This document shows positions 24,104 through 37,520 of a stretch of 64,000 nt of DNA, piece after piece (positions within the stretch are counted from its first letter, which is position 1; each line of letters starts with the position of its first letter). The stretch is from the NCBI GenBank assembly GCA_030390025.1, contig JASTWF010000362.1, positions 62,001-126,000 on the forward strand, read 5' to 3'. The notes beneath the pieces were generated by a model. That model had not been told where the DNA came from, made no database searches, and saw only the letters and a list, made by a program, of their open reading frames with translations. Source of the stretch: Squalus acanthias. Lineage: Eukaryota. Both the position numbers and the translations under genes were made by a program.

Positions 24104-24964
24104 GTTCCAAATGCTGCCGGTATCTTGGGAGGCTAATGATTCTATTGGTACCCAAGGTCCTCCCAGTTTCTTGACTTCACCGCTGGTCACAGTTGCTGAT
24201 GCTGTTAATAGCTGGGCTCTCCCGAGGAAAGAAGTGGCCGTGGCCCCTCCAGGATCAATGGACCTCGAGGAGTGCCTGCTCCATATTGGTGGAGCCCACA
24301 TTCCCCGAGAGGGGTCAGAGACCATTACAAAAACCGTTCGCCGCTTGCAACCCTGGCCAGGTTTGCCATTTTGCTTTGTTTCCAGCTCTTGCATAGGTGA
24401 GTTCAGTGGTTCATAATTCAGATAGCGTCCCCCTTCCGCCATCTTGTGGTGAACCCGGGCTGCCCTGGACATTGCAAGAACATCTCTCTGGCTCGACAGC
24501 GAGCCGAACTTGGCTTTGCCGCCCCCCCCCCCCCCCCCCCCCCCCCCCCGGACAAGTTGTTGCACAGAGTAGGGGAGAGGAATTAAAAGAGGACTTGGGG
24601 GCAGTCGTGCGAATCCTGGGTAGATCCAAATTTGAGGCTCTTGATGTCACCTCAAGCGTTGCAGAATCTGGGGAGATGTAGTGAGAAGGATGTTTCTGGG
24701 TCTCCTAGTATTTCTCTTCAACAATGGACTGATCTTTCAAGCAGATCGTGTTTGAGAATAGATGAGTTGTTTGGGTACCAACTGACCTCATCCTATCAAC
24801 CTTTTTTTTTACCTCCAGCGAATACAAGGTTTCATATCCCATTCAAATGCAGATGGAGAAACCTCCCACGGACATGTTCTGCAGTGCCCCAGAGAATGTC
24901 TTGTAAGCAGGGTGCTCTACGAAACACACTATATCTGTCGCATGCAGTACGAGTTGGGTATTAT

Positions 24965-25835
24965 GAGCCACAAAGGGACATTGACAGATTAAGTCAATGG
25001 GCGAAACTGTGGCAGATGGAGTTCAATGTGGGGAAGTGTGAGGTCATCCACTTTGGACCCAAGAAAGATCGAGCAGAGTATTTTCTAAATGGTGACAAGC
25101 TAGGAACTGCGGAGGAGCCGAGAGATTTAGGGCTCCATTTACAGAAATCACTAAAAGGTAGTGGACAGGTACAAAAAATAATTCAAAAGGCTAATGGAAT
25201 GTTGGCCTTTATCTCGAGGGCTGGAATACAAAGGGGTGGAAGTTATGTTACATTTATATAAAGCTCTGGTTAGACCACATCTGGATACTGCATCAGTTCC
25301 GGGCCCCGCACCTCAGGAAGGATATGTTGGCCTTGGAGGGGGTGCAGCCCAGATTCACCAGAATGATACCGGGATAAAAGGGTTAAATTATGAGGACCGG
25401 TTGCATTGACTAGGCTTGTATTACCATGAGTGTAGAAGATTAAGGGGTGATCTAATTGAGGTGTTTAAGATGATTAAAGGAGTTGATCGGGTAGATAGAG
25501 AGAAACTATTTCCTCTGGTGGGGGGAGTCCAGAACAAGGGGACATAACCTTAAAATTAGAGGCAGGCCGTTCAGGGGTGATGTCAGGAAGCACTTCTTCA
25601 CACAAAGGGTAGTGGAAATCTGGAACTCTTCCCCCTCCCCCCCCCCCCCCCCCCAAAAAGCTGGGGGTCAACTGAAAATTTCAAAACCGAGATGGATAGA
25701 TTCTTGATGGGTCAGAGTATGAAGGGATATGGAACCAAGGCGGGGAGATGGAGTTGAGATACAGATCAGCCCTGATCTCATTGAATGGCCAAACAGGCCT
25801 GAGGGGCTGAATGGCCTCCTCCAGTTCCTATGTTC
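24965..25835 (+). mobile_element. CR1 LINE 3' portion, frameshifted
   Basis: WQMEFNVGKCEVIHFG and ALVRPHL motifs plus CR1 tail. Confidence 0.92.
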
Positions 25836-26324
25836 CACAAGGTGATTGGGTTTAAACCCAACCGAAGCCCTGGTCTGAGCAGTGGAGAAGATGATCGTCC
25901 TGCTGTACGTTTTGTTATTCCCAAAAGAGGGAATTCAGTCCATCCTGGACTTTGAGCGGGACCAGAGTCCCTTCTTAACAGGTTGATGTGAATCCTTCCC
26001 CACCCTTAATTCATGCACTCTGTGTCCGATTTCCTGGCATTGATGGTTATCAACATCACACTTTATATATTGACTTGGTGGAAGGTAAATACTCCTGATC
26101 GGTTAATACTCCTGATCACACATATTTCTAGTGTTTGTGTTGTGTTCACAGTGAGAAGATGTTTTACAAAATGAATCTCCATGACCTGTATCTTGCGGCC
26201 ACTTGTGTGCCACTGACTTATTGGCTGACTTGTCCAGGCCTGCTCGCCTGGAGATGGGCCAAGGAACAAACACAACTGAGGCAAATAATCGTGAAATTGG
26301 ACCCCCTTGTGAGCTTGGAGAAAA

Positions 26325-26780
26325 AGAAAGACTCGCATTTCTATAGTGCCTTTCACCACCTCATAATGCCCCAAATCGCTTTACAGCCAATGAAGTACTT
26401 TTTGAAGTGTAGTCACTGTTGTAATGTAGGAAACGCGGTAACCAATTTGCGCACAGCAAGCTCCCACAAATGTGATGATGACCAGATAATCTGTTTTTTA
26501 GTGGTGTTGGTTGAGGGATAAATATTGGCCAGGACACCGGGGAGAACTCCCCTGCTCTTCTTCAAAATAGTAGCCATGGGATCTTTTATGTCCACCTGAG
26601 AGAGCAGACGGGACCTCGGTTTAACGTCTCATCCGAAAGACGGCACCTCCGACAGTGCAGCACTCCCTCAGTACTGCGCTGGCAGTGTCAGCCTGGATTA
26701 TGTGCTCAAAATCCCTGGAGTGGGGCTCGAACCCACGAAGACTCAGAGGCGAGAGTGCGACCAACTGAGCCAGGGCTGAC
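26325..26780 (-). mobile_element. Deu-SINE, full length with a single 33-bp unit
   Basis: Reverse complement of the SINE at 3770-4240. Confidence 0.88.
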
Positions 26781-27176
26781 CGTTACAGCCTGCCCAGGAT
26801 ATAGATATTGAAAGAAAGGGAGGAAATTCTAAGACAAACTTTCTTTATATAAACTGTTTTAAGTGTCCTCTGCCATGATGAGGGGATTCATCTGTGCTTG
26901 TGCCTCACTGTGCAATGGGCGGGGCAGACTGGTTCTTCCTCAGATTTCACCCTCCTTAGCTGCCCAGTTGTGATCGAACCTCGCTATGTGACTAGCCCAG
27001 AGACCTGCGACTCCGCAACAACCTGTATCCAGATACTAATGTATTCTGCCAATGCTTGCTTTGGGTTTTAGTTATCAAAATACCTTTGCACTAGTGGCTG
27101 GAACCGTAATCCTGCCGTGTAACCCGCAACTCTGTGTGAAGTGAAATAGCTGACGTACCCTCTTCGTTTATTTCAG

Positions 27177-27407
27177 GTTTCCCAGTGCGTTTGTGGGCAA
27201 CTCAAATACGCAGGCTCCACCCAGTGGCGTTTCCCCATCCGCTGCTACCATTCCGTAGTCCCGGTGTTAGCGGGGCCATGCAACCCTTCGACATCCTCGG
27301 TGCCGTTCACTGAAGTTAGCCCCCCTTCCAGCGGGACGAGAAGGGCTCGCGTTCTCTACGATTACGACCCGGCCGACTCCAACGAGCTCGAGCTCCTAGC
27401 CGATGAG
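27177..27407 (+). CDS. SH3GLB2: Endophilin B2 linker/SH3 N-terminal exon; frameshifted as written (TAG at 27256-27258)
   Basis: tttcag acceptor and gttagt donor; FPSAFVGN...TIP, then in a shifted frame VVPVLAG...GTRRARVLYDYDPADSNELELLADE; 231 nt where 232 is needed. Confidence 0.93.
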
Positions 27408-27817
27408 GTTAGTGTCTTTCGAGTGGTCCTCTGGGACCGGCGGGCCTGGGCCTTTATATAGAAGCTAACGTTTCAGATCTATATAGTCGCTAAGATACAG
27501 ATCAGCCACGATCTCGTTGAATGGCGGAACAGGCACGAGGGGCTGAATGGCCTGCTCCTGTTATCTATGTTTCAAACTACTTAGGTTTTTCTGTATTAAT
27601 TAGTTCTTGTACTTGATACCATCCGATTTAAGAAAATATCTCATTGTTTCTTCAGATGCTTAGCAAATCAGATTAGTTCTCATCTAGTTTGATTTTGATT
27701 TTTCTCACAGGCATCTGACAGAATAGATTTAATCCCATTCATGTTCAATTATCACTCGTGGGATCCTCGAATGTCTGATTCTCTTCTCCAGCAAATGGTT
27801 TTTGAATTTATTCATTT

Positions 27818-29225
27818 GAATCATAGAAATTTACGGCACAGAAGGAGGCCATTCGGCCCATCGTGTCTGTGCCGGCCGACAAAGAGCTATCCAGCCTAAT
27901 CTCACTGTCCAGCTCTTGGTCCGTAGTCCCTGTCGGTTACGGCACTTCAAGCGCATATCCAAGTACTGTTTAAATGTGATGAGGGTTTCTGCCTCTACCA
28001 CCCTTTCAGGCAGTGAGTTCCAGACCCCCACCACCCTCTGGGTGAAAAAAGTTCTCCTCAACTCCCCTCTAATCCTTCTACCAATTACTTTAAATCTATG
28101 CCCCCTGGTTATTGACCTCTCTGCTAAGGGAAATGGGTCCTTCCTATCCACTCTATCTAGGCCCTTTATAATTTTATACACCTCAATTAGGTCACACCTC
28201 AGCCTCCTTTGTTCCAGTGAAAACAATTCCAGCCTATCCAATCTTTCCCCAGCCCAGGCAACATCCTCGTAAATCTCCTCTGCACCCCCTCTAGTGCAAT
28301 CACATCCTTCCTGTAATGTGGTGATCAGAACTGCACGCAGTATTCTAGCTGCAGGCCTAACTAGTGTTTTATACAGTTCAAGCATAACCTCCCTGCTCTT
28401 GTATTCTATGCCTCGGCTAATAAAGGTAAGTATCCCGTATGCCTTCTTAACCACCTTATCTACCTGTCCTGCTACCTTCAGGGATCTGTGGACATGCACT
28501 CCAAGGTCCCTCTGATCTTCTGCACTTCTCAGTGTCCTACCATTTATAGTGTATTCCCTTGCCTTGTTAGCCCTCCCCAAATGCATTACCTCACACTTCT
28601 CCAGATTGAATTCCATTTGCCACTGTTCTGCCCACCTGACCAGTCCATTGATACCTTCCTGTAGTCTACAGCTTTCTTCTTCATTATCAACCACACGGCC
28701 AATTTTTGTATCATCTGCAAACTTCTTAATCATACTTCCTACATTCAAGTCCAAATCATTGATATATATCACAAAAAGCAAAGGACCTAGTACTGAGCCC
28801 TGTGGAATCCCACTGGAAACCGCCTTCCAGTCACAAAAACACCCTTCGACCATTACCCTTTGTTTCTTGCCTCTGAGCCAATTTTGGATCCATCTTGCCA
28901 CTTTGCCTTGGATCCCATGGGCTTTTACTTTCGTGACCAGTCTGCCATGCGGGACCTTATCAAAAGCCTTGCTAAAATCCATATAGACTACATCAAATGC
29001 ATTACCCTCATCGACCCTCCTTGTTATCTCCTCAAAAAATTCAATCAAGTTAGTCAGACATGAACGACCTACCCGTAACAAATCCATGCTGACTGTCCCT
29101 GTTAAATCCATGTCTTTCTAAATGAAGATTTATCCTGTCCCTCAGAATTTTTTCCAATAATTTTCCCACCACCGAGGTTAGGCTGACTGGCCTGTAATTA
29201 GTCGGTCTATCCCTTTCTCCCTTTT
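27818..29225 (-). mobile_element. CR1 LINE, RT domain to 3' end
   Basis: ORF 27831-29111 YMDFSKAFDKVPH, GIPQGSVLGP, KFADDTK. Confidence 0.97.
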
Positions 29226-29642
29226 GAAGAGCATCTTCATTTATACGAGGTGATCTCCTGTGACATCACACAGAGAGGGGTCGACCTCGACTCTGCGCGA
29301 TAGCGTAAAACGGGTGATGCCGTCAAAACCAACTGTAGCCTTCAGTTGAAACGGGATTAGCGGACGGGGGGGGTGGTGTGGTGGTAATTGGACCAGGGTG
29401 CTCGGGTGTAGTTCAGTCCCCATTTTAAGGTCATACATTCTGTCCTTATTTCCATTATAAATTCCTAAGTCCACGTTTCCAATGGAGACAGCCTATGTAA
29501 ACTGGTCACGCTGTAATTACACCTCCCGCCAGTGGTGCTGCTGCAGTGCCACCACTGGCAGGAGGGTGTCATTACAGTTTCTATTAATAGATCGATCTAA
29601 CTTTTTTTTCCTTTTTTTTTTGGTCAACGTTCGGCTGTCCAG

Positions 29643-29750
29643 CTCATCACGGTGTATAGTCTGCCAGGCATGGATTCCGATTGGCTGATGGGAGAAAAGG
29701 GCAACAAGAAAGGGAAAGTTCCGGTCACTTACCTGGAGCTGCTGAACTGA
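29643..29750 (+). CDS. SH3GLB2: Endophilin B2 last coding exon (LITVYSLPGMDSDWLMGEKGNKKGKVPVTYLELLN*)
   Basis: Polypyrimidine tract plus ccag acceptor; 108 nt to TGA; SH3 C-terminal half. Confidence 0.97.
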   Translation, partial: LITVYSLPGMDSDWLMGEKGNKKGKVPVTYLELLN

Positions 29751-30997
29751 TGTCCCATCGCGGAACTTCCGCCAGAAGGGCCAACACTTGCAAAAACACC
29801 ACGTTAACATTCACCAATTTCATTCCCAATGTCATTTCAAACATTATTTAAGATTTTTTTTTTGGCGACTTCTTCAGTTGCAACAGAAAGCTTAAAAAAA
29901 TAAATGTGCAAACAGTTTACGATGTTAATTTTATATAGTTTTGTTACAATTTAAAAAGTCACTGATATGTGTATTAATGTGTTTGGTTGCGAGGAAACTG
30001 TTTGAACCATGTGCTTAGAGAAAAGCCTGATCTAATTTGAGATGAAATGTCAGAGTTCCCTGGGAGCGGGTACTGAGCCTAGCGGTCGCACGGTTGGTTA
30101 GAAAAGCTTTCTTGTAGTCCGTAGATGGAAGAGTCCATTGAAACATGTTAAACCAGCCCGCGGGATCCCATTAATGTAACTGGTCACATAACGTGACGCC
30201 TCATTCCAGCAAAGGGGCTTCAAGCTTGATTTGGAAATACGGAGCCGGTGAGAGAAGGGCGAAGGTAAATACTGAGACTCCTGCAGAGACGAGGTGTGAG
30301 ACTACCTTTCTAGTTTAATATGCATGCACACATCGGGAAGATGAAAAAGGTGGCATTTTTAAGTCCTGTGGGAAGAAATCTTCACCCGTCATTTAAACCC
30401 AAGGGCTTAGGTTGTTCTGAATTTTCGCAAGAGCTTTGCAATGCTTGTATATAGGTCATAGCGTGACCGGGCTAGTGCTTGTAGGACACTGAGAAACGGA
30501 AACTTGTATGTTTGGACACTGGAGGGCAGGTGGTGAGTGGACTGGACGCTGTCCTTCAGTGGCCAACCCTGTTGTCATGGGTCAAACATATTTAGCTCAC
30601 TCTCCTGGTTACAAGAAATTTCAGGGGTAATTGTATTTAAAAAAAAAAATCCATGATTACCAATCCGGAATGGGATAAAAGTCAATTTTACACTATAATT
30701 CTCTTTTTTTATAACTTTATTTTTGAGGTAGCAGTTTTCTTTTAGGGGTGGTTTGCGTTGTGCAAGTTAATGGAATTGAACACTTTTAAGCAGGGCATTG
30801 GAAATCTTATTGCAGTTTTCATCCTCTACCTGTCGAGTACAACTGTTCACTACCCTTGTGTAAATGTATAGTGCAAGATCCTGGTCATGTGTTCATGCCC
30901 TGTTGTGTAATGTCTGTGTCGACGTGTATCAACTCCTTCAATTCAATGTGGGTGTATTTGCTGCCTGTTACTGCTGTACTATGCATAGTGAATGAAT

Positions 30998-31003
30998 AAT
31001 AAA
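30998..31003 (+). promoter_or_regulatory. SH3GLB2: Likely SH3GLB2 polyadenylation signal (alternative proximal AATAAA at 29899-29904)
   Basis: AATAAA at the end of about 1.25 kb of repeat-free, U-rich sequence after the stop codon. Confidence 0.6.
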
Positions 31004-31344
31004 GCATTCTTATACCAGGCTCTCCGCCCGCAGACTCTCGCACATATTGGCTCCATCTTGTCGCAATGTATCAATGTGGGCTGTTGCAGTGTCACAAGTT
31101 AGTTGAGTGACTGGGCTCGATTGTAAATAGAAGTGATGTTTATGTCTTGGAAAGGAGGCCATAATTCCACAGCTACGGACAGCCAATGGGTGCATGGAGT
31201 GGGGAGGGTAACATGGAGGGAACCAATCAGAGTGCAAAAAATGAAATAATTGGTGTACCTGTCAGGAATATAGACACTCGCTGTACATAGGACATCAGTA
31301 GTGACTGTGTGTCCATGATCTGATCCATTTCTAATTGTGTGTGT

Positions 31345-31775
31345 TTTTTTTTATTCATTCATGGGATGTGGGCGTCGCTGGCAAGGCCAGCATTTATTGC
31401 CCACCCCTAGTTGCCCTTGAGAAGGTGGTGCTGAGCCACCTTCTTGAACCGCTGCAATCCGTGTGGTGAAGGTACTCCCACAGTGCTGTTAGGGAGGGAG
31501 TTCCAGGATTTTGACCCAGCAACGATGAAGGAATGGTCGTTATATTTCCAAGTCAGGATGGTGTGTGATTTGGAGGGGAACTTGGAGGTGGTGGTGTTCC
31601 CATGCGCCTGCTGCCTCTTGTCCTTCTGGGTGGAAGAGGTCGCGGGTTTTGGGAGGTGCTGCCGAAGAAGCCTTGGCGAGTTGCTGCAGTGCATCTTGTA
31701 GATGGTACACACTGCAGCCACGGTGCGCCGGTGGTGGAGGGAGTGAATGTTTAAAGTGGTGGATGGGGCGCCAAT
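31345..31775 (-). mobile_element. LINE 3' end (second CR1-group family)
   Basis: ORF 31407-31721 VCTIYKMHCSNSPRLL...SKSWNSLPNSTVG. Confidence 0.82.
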
Positions 31776-32589
31776 CGAGTATAATTTTAATCGAAAATTT
31801 TTGAAATGAGTCCAATTTACATAGAATTTACAGCACGGAAACAGGCCATTTGGCCCAACTGGTCTATGCCGGTGTTTATGCTCCTCACGAGACTCCTCCC
31901 ACCTTCATCATCTCACCTTATCAGCATATTCCTCTGTTTAATAAACTTATTGAAAAATTACCATTGTTTCCGCCCCAAACACACAAATCAATCCCTGATC
32001 CCAGCAGAAATTTCTTGGAGTGCATTGTACAGAGAGTTTATGCAGTAATAACTGGGCAGAGATTGCAATAGATAACTGAATGTGGTGCGAGTGATTCCAT
32101 TGACCAGTCTAGTGGTGATATTTTGGTCTAAGACTTAGTAGAGTTGAAGTTAAGTGGGTGCAGCATGACACCCTTTGATGAAAGCTCGACCAGTCGTTTC
32201 AAGAAAGGCTGAATATTGAAACTCTAATCAAACTCGGTATTTACTGATCTCACAGCTGTGCTTTCAGCATCCGCACTGAGGTTTACTGACGACAGTTGGC
32301 GATGGGTTTGTCTAGGGGGTGGGGGTGAAAGGTCACAGTTGCCACGACTTTTTTTGAGAGAGAATCTGATCTTTCGTTCACGTTTCCCACATTACAACAG
32401 TGAGTGCACTTCAAAAAGTACCTCATTGGCTGTAAAGCATTTTGGGACATCCTGAGGTCGTGAAAGGCGCTGGAGAAATGCGAGTCTTTTTCTTTATTGT
32501 TTTCATTTTTTTTCTTTCTTTGCCTCCTTCTTTCGCTCCTCGTTCTCTCCTCTCTTTTCCTCTTTCTCTCTTTTCTTCTTTCATAATTA

Positions 32590-32975
32590 TAGAAGGCCGT
32601 TCGGCCCATCGTGTCCGTGCCAGCCAACAAAGAGCTATCCAGCCTAATCCCACTGTCCAGCTCTTGGTCCGTAGCACTGTAGGTTACGGAACTTCAAGCG
32701 CATATCCAAGTACTGTTTAAATGTGATGAGGGTTTCTGCCTCTACCACCCTTTCAGGCAGTGAGTTCCAGACCCCCCACCACCCTCTGGGTGAGAAAAGT
32801 TCTCCTCAACTCCCCTCTAATCCTTCTACCAATTACTTTAAATCTATGCCCCCTGGTTATTGACCTCTCTGCTAAGGGAAATAGGTTCTTCCTATCCACT
32901 CTATCTAGGCCCCTCATAATTTTATACACCTCAATTAAATCTCAGCCTCCTCTGTTCCAAAGAAAACCACCCCAG
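32590..32975 (-). mobile_element. CR1 LINE 3' fragment
   Basis: Near identical to 27840-28220. Confidence 0.9.
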
Positions 32976-35029
32976 CATCTTCCTTTTTCTCCGTCTTTCG
33001 CTCCTCTTTTCCTCTTTCTATTTTTTTTTTTACCAAGGCCGGAGCTTTTTAATGCCGGCTTACCTTTTCCAGTGCACCATGAGGGGTGTGGAAGGGGAGT
33101 ACAGAGAAACCCACAACCTTGCCTGCCCCCTGCTAGAGGAAGATACACAATAGGTGCAGCCTTGTATAGAAACTGGGTAAAATTACATCAAAACAACATT
33201 CCCTTGTAATGTAGGAAGCATAGCAACCAATTTGCGCACAGCAAGCTCCCACAAACAGCAATGAGATAAATGACTTGAACATCATGGCCGGAATTTTCTC
33301 CAGGTAGGCGGGTTGGGGGCGGGCCTCTGAGGCCGGGTTTCCCGCAGGCCCTGCCGACTTTAACGGCAGGGCCTGATTTGCACGCGCGGCCTCGGATTCC
33401 CGCCCGCGTCCAGCCAGATTGAGAGGCTGGCTGTCTGCGGGCGGGTAGGCCTCAGTTGCGGAGAGGGAGTGAGGGGTTGGTCCGGGGGAGGGATCACGGT
33501 TGGTGGTGGTGGGGTGGGGAGGGTGGTTGCGGATTGGCAGGGGGTCGACCGGGGGTGGGGGGGAGAGGTCAGCTGGCGACCGTGGGGGGCAGAGGGGATG
33601 GTGGCCGGCCTCCACATCATCGGTGGGGTTGGGGAGAGGCCTCATGGTGGGGATCAGAGGCCTGGGAGGACGATCGGAGGCCTCGTGGGGGAGGGTCTCC
33701 AATCGCGGGGAGCGGTGGGTTAGGCAGGGACACTGGATCCAGGAGGTAGGTATAAAGCCACTCTCCTCCCGGATGGAGCCGATCCCCGCCTCGGTTTAAC
33801 TGCCGGATTTCACGAATTGTGTGAAACCTGTCCACAGGCAGTTAAATTCAAAATGGAGGTGAAAAAAGAGGATTCCAGCCTCATTATAACCCCCTCCCAA
33901 TCTCTGTGACCTCCTCCAGGCCTACAAACCAGAACGTTTCGTTCTTCTGACTGGCCTATCGTGCATCCCTCACTTTGCCCCACTATTGAGGGCCGTGCCT
34001 TCAGCCGCCTAGCCCCCATGCTCTGAAATTCCCTCCCTAAACTCTTCTCCTTAGGGGCCTCCTAAAGACCCACCTCTTTGACCAGTTGCACTCCTAATAT
34101 CTCCTCCTTTGGTTGGCGTCCATTTTGTTTTTTGATTAGGCCTTTGTGAAGCATCTGGGGCCATTTTTCTGCGTTAAGGGTGTTATATCAATGGAGTGAT
34201 TGATGATATTACGCCACTACATCTAGAGTATCTGGTCAATATCTTAAGCACTCGTTTGATAGGCCTGGGATTGGGAATGTTTGGGGGGGGGTGACCTATA
34301 ACCTCTTGCACTAAAGCACTGTGTAGCATTGAGTCACCTGGTCTGAATGTGAACCTTGGCCTTTACTGACGACTCAATGAACCCATCAAAATGGACCAAA
34401 GACGGAGTGAATCTGACCGTGACGTCTGTTACCATATATATCAAAGTAATGCACACAGACACCCAAATAAACCAAACGCTGACAAAAAGGATGTCAATAA
34501 ATTTTATTGCATCTTCTTTTAATCCATGTTTTTTAAAATCTTCAACATAATGCAGTAGGTGCCGATAAATACATATGAACAAATGAAATCTCACTCCTCC
34601 CCACTGCAGTACACACACATCCCACTCATACTCACACTCCAATTCACTTAGGTCATGTCATAGATAACAGACAGAAAATATCGGCTCCTGTTAGCAATCA
34701 CCCTTCAGGGCTTTTTTTTTTATTTTGTTTTTCAGTAAATTATTTTATTTTTTAAAAAGTGGGGGAAATCAAAGCCCAGAATTCGAGGGCTAATTTTGAA
34801 TTCAAGGCATCAAAGGAGCTGAACACCTCCACATTATTATTCTAAAGGGAGAAAATAAAATCTGTGCATATATATTTGCTGCCAAAATGGTTAATTTAGT
34901 TGTTTGTGATGAATTGTTAATATGTGGGTCCCTGCGCTGATCATAAACGGTAAAACTCAAAGCAAAATTATTCCAAATTGCAAACATTTAATAACTTGTT
35001 TCAAACATTAAGTGGAACATGCAGTGTTT

Positions 35030-35360
35030 TAAGAACATAAGAAATAGGAGCAGGAGTCGGCCATTTGGCCCCTCGAGCCTGCTCCACCATTCAATAAGAT
35101 CATGGCTGATCTTCGACCCCAACTCCACTTTCCCGCCCGATCCCCCATATCCCTTAATTCCCCTAGTATTCTAAAATCCATGGATCTCCGTCTTCAATAT
35201 ACTCAACGACTGAGCCTCCACAGCCCTCTGGGGTAGAGAATTCCAAAGATTCACCACCCTCTGAGTGAAGAAATTTCTCCTCATCTCAGCCCTAAATGGC
35301 CGACCCCTTATTCTGAGACTGTGACCCCCGGTTCTAGACTCTCCCAAACATCCTCCCAAT
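35030..35360 (-). mobile_element. CR1 LINE 3' fragment
   Basis: RRNFFTQRVVNLWNSLP peptide plus tail. Confidence 0.9.
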
Positions 35361-35854
35361 ATTTTAAGATTTACTACTGGGAGACATCAGATCACCCTAA
35401 CTCCCTGGAGAGCCAGAACTACCTCCGAACTGGGACAAAGACCCACTCCTCTGATATTCAACCGAGTGAGTAAGCTGCTAACCCTCCATTTTTGGGTTGC
35501 TTTTTCCTGTCCTATCTCCACAAGCGTCCTGGGAGTGTGTTTGAGAGTTGGCGAAATGTAGAATGCTTGTGTCTACATTATATCCAGGGTCGAACACACT
35601 TTATCATTTTTTACCTTGCTGCTGCCAAGACTTGAGCCCGCACCCGAGGACTTGGCGTCACGTGGCAAAGTGACTGCGTGCAGCAGAGCAACGCTGACAG
35701 CAAACCCTCTGGCAAGGGCGCCTCACCTGCCTGCCTGCCTGGTACCAGCTGTCTCAGGGTGGGTGACAGTGGCGACACCGCCCCTCAACGGCTCTGTCAG
35801 CTGAGTCCAGCTGTGTACAGATGCGATGCTAACAACTGCCAGAGAATGATGGAG

Positions 35855-37520
35855 AAGAAAGACTCGCATTTCTATAGAGCCTTCCACGATCTCAGGATGT
35901 CCCAAAGCGCTTCACAGCCAATGAAATATTTTTGAAGTGCAGTCACTGTTGTAATGTGGGAAACGTGGCAGCCAATTTGCGCGCAGCAAGCTCCCACAAA
36001 CAGCAATGTGATAAATGACCAGATAATCTGTTTTGGTGACGTTAGTTGAGGGATAAATATTGACCCCAGGACACCAGGGAGAACTCCCTGCTCTTCTTAA
36101 AAATAGTACCATGGGATCTTCCAAAAGTCGGCACCTCCGACAGTGCGGCGCTCCCTCAGTACTGCCCCTCCGACACTGCGGCGCTCCCTCAGTACTGCCC
36201 CTCCGACAGTGCAGCACTCCCTCAGTAACGCCCCTCTGACAGTGCAGCGCTCCCTCAGTACTGCCCCTCCGACAGTGCGGCGCTCCCTCAGTACTGCCAA
36301 TCCGACAGTGCAGCACTCCCTCAGTACCGCCCCTCTGACAATGCAGCACTCCCTCAGTACTGCCCCTCTGACAGTGCAGCGCTCCCTCAGTACTGCCCCT
36401 CTGACAGTGCAGCGCTCCCTCAGTACTGCCCCTCTGACAATGCAGCGCTCCCTCAGTACCGCCCCTCTGACAATGCAGCACTCCCTCAGTACTTCCCTCC
36501 GACAGTGCAGCGCTCCCTCAGTACCGCCCCTCTGACAATGCAGCACTCCCTCAGTACTGCCCCTCCGACAGTGCGGCGCTCCCTCAGTACTGCCCCTCTG
36601 ACAATGCAGCGCTCCCTCAGTACCGCCCCTCTGACAATGCGGCACTCCCTCAGTACTTCCCTCCGACAGTGCAGCGCTCCCTCAGTACCGCCCCTCTGAC
36701 AATGCAGCACTCCCTCAGTACTGCCCCTCCGACAGTGCGGCGCTCCCTCAGTACTGCCCCTCTGACAGTGCGGCGCTCCCTCAGTACCGCCCATCTGACA
36801 ATGCAGCACTCCCTCAGTACTTCCCTCCAACAGTGCAGCGCTCCCTCAGTACCGCCCCTCTGACAATGCAGCACTCCCTCAGTACTGCCCCTCCGACAGT
36901 GCGGCGCTCCCTCAGTACTGCCCCTCCGACAGTGCGGCGCTCCCTCAGTACTGCCCCTCCGACAGTGCGGCGCTCCCTCAGTACTGCCCCTCCGACAGTG
37001 CGGCGCTCCCTCAGTACTGCCCCTCTGACAGTGCGGCGCTCCCTCAGTACTGCCCCTCTGACAGTGCAGCGCTCCCTCAGTACTGCCCCTCTGACAATGC
37101 AGCGCTCCCTCAGTACCGCCCCTCTGACAATGCAGCGCTCCCTCAGTACCGCCCGTCTGACAATGCAGCACTCCCTCAGTACTTCCCTCCGACAGTGCAG
37201 CGCTCCCTCAGTACCGCCCCTCTGACAATGCAGCACTCCCTCAGTACTTCCCTCCGACAGTGCGGCACTCCCTCAGTACTTCCCTCCGACAGTGCAGCGC
37301 TCCCTCAGTACCGCCCCTCTGACAATGCAGCACTCCCTCAGTACTTCCCTCCGACAGTGCGGCACTCCCTCAGTACTTCCCTCCGACAGTGCGGCGCTCC
37401 CTCAGTACTGCACTGGGAGTGTCAGCCTGGATTATTGTGCTCAAGTCTCTGGAGTGGGGGACTTGAACCCACAACCTTCTGACCCAGAAGCGAGAGCGCC
37501 GCCCACTGAGCCACAGCTGA
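35855..37520 (-). mobile_element. Deu-SINE with a large internal 33-bp expansion (36130-37410, about 39 units)
   Basis: SINE body and tRNA head flank the array. Confidence 0.9.

Noticed and set aside
24522..24549. 28-nt poly-C and other C runs (near 1616, 17997, 25637) giving poly-Pro/Gly ORFs
   Set aside because: Simple homopolymers in introns or repeats; lengths may be unreliable
36130..37410. 33-bp repeats as a CRISPR array or zinc-finger-like ORFs (HC..C motifs)
   Set aside because: Head-to-tail units with no unique spacers, inside a SINE in a vertebrate genome; the ORFs are repeat artefacts
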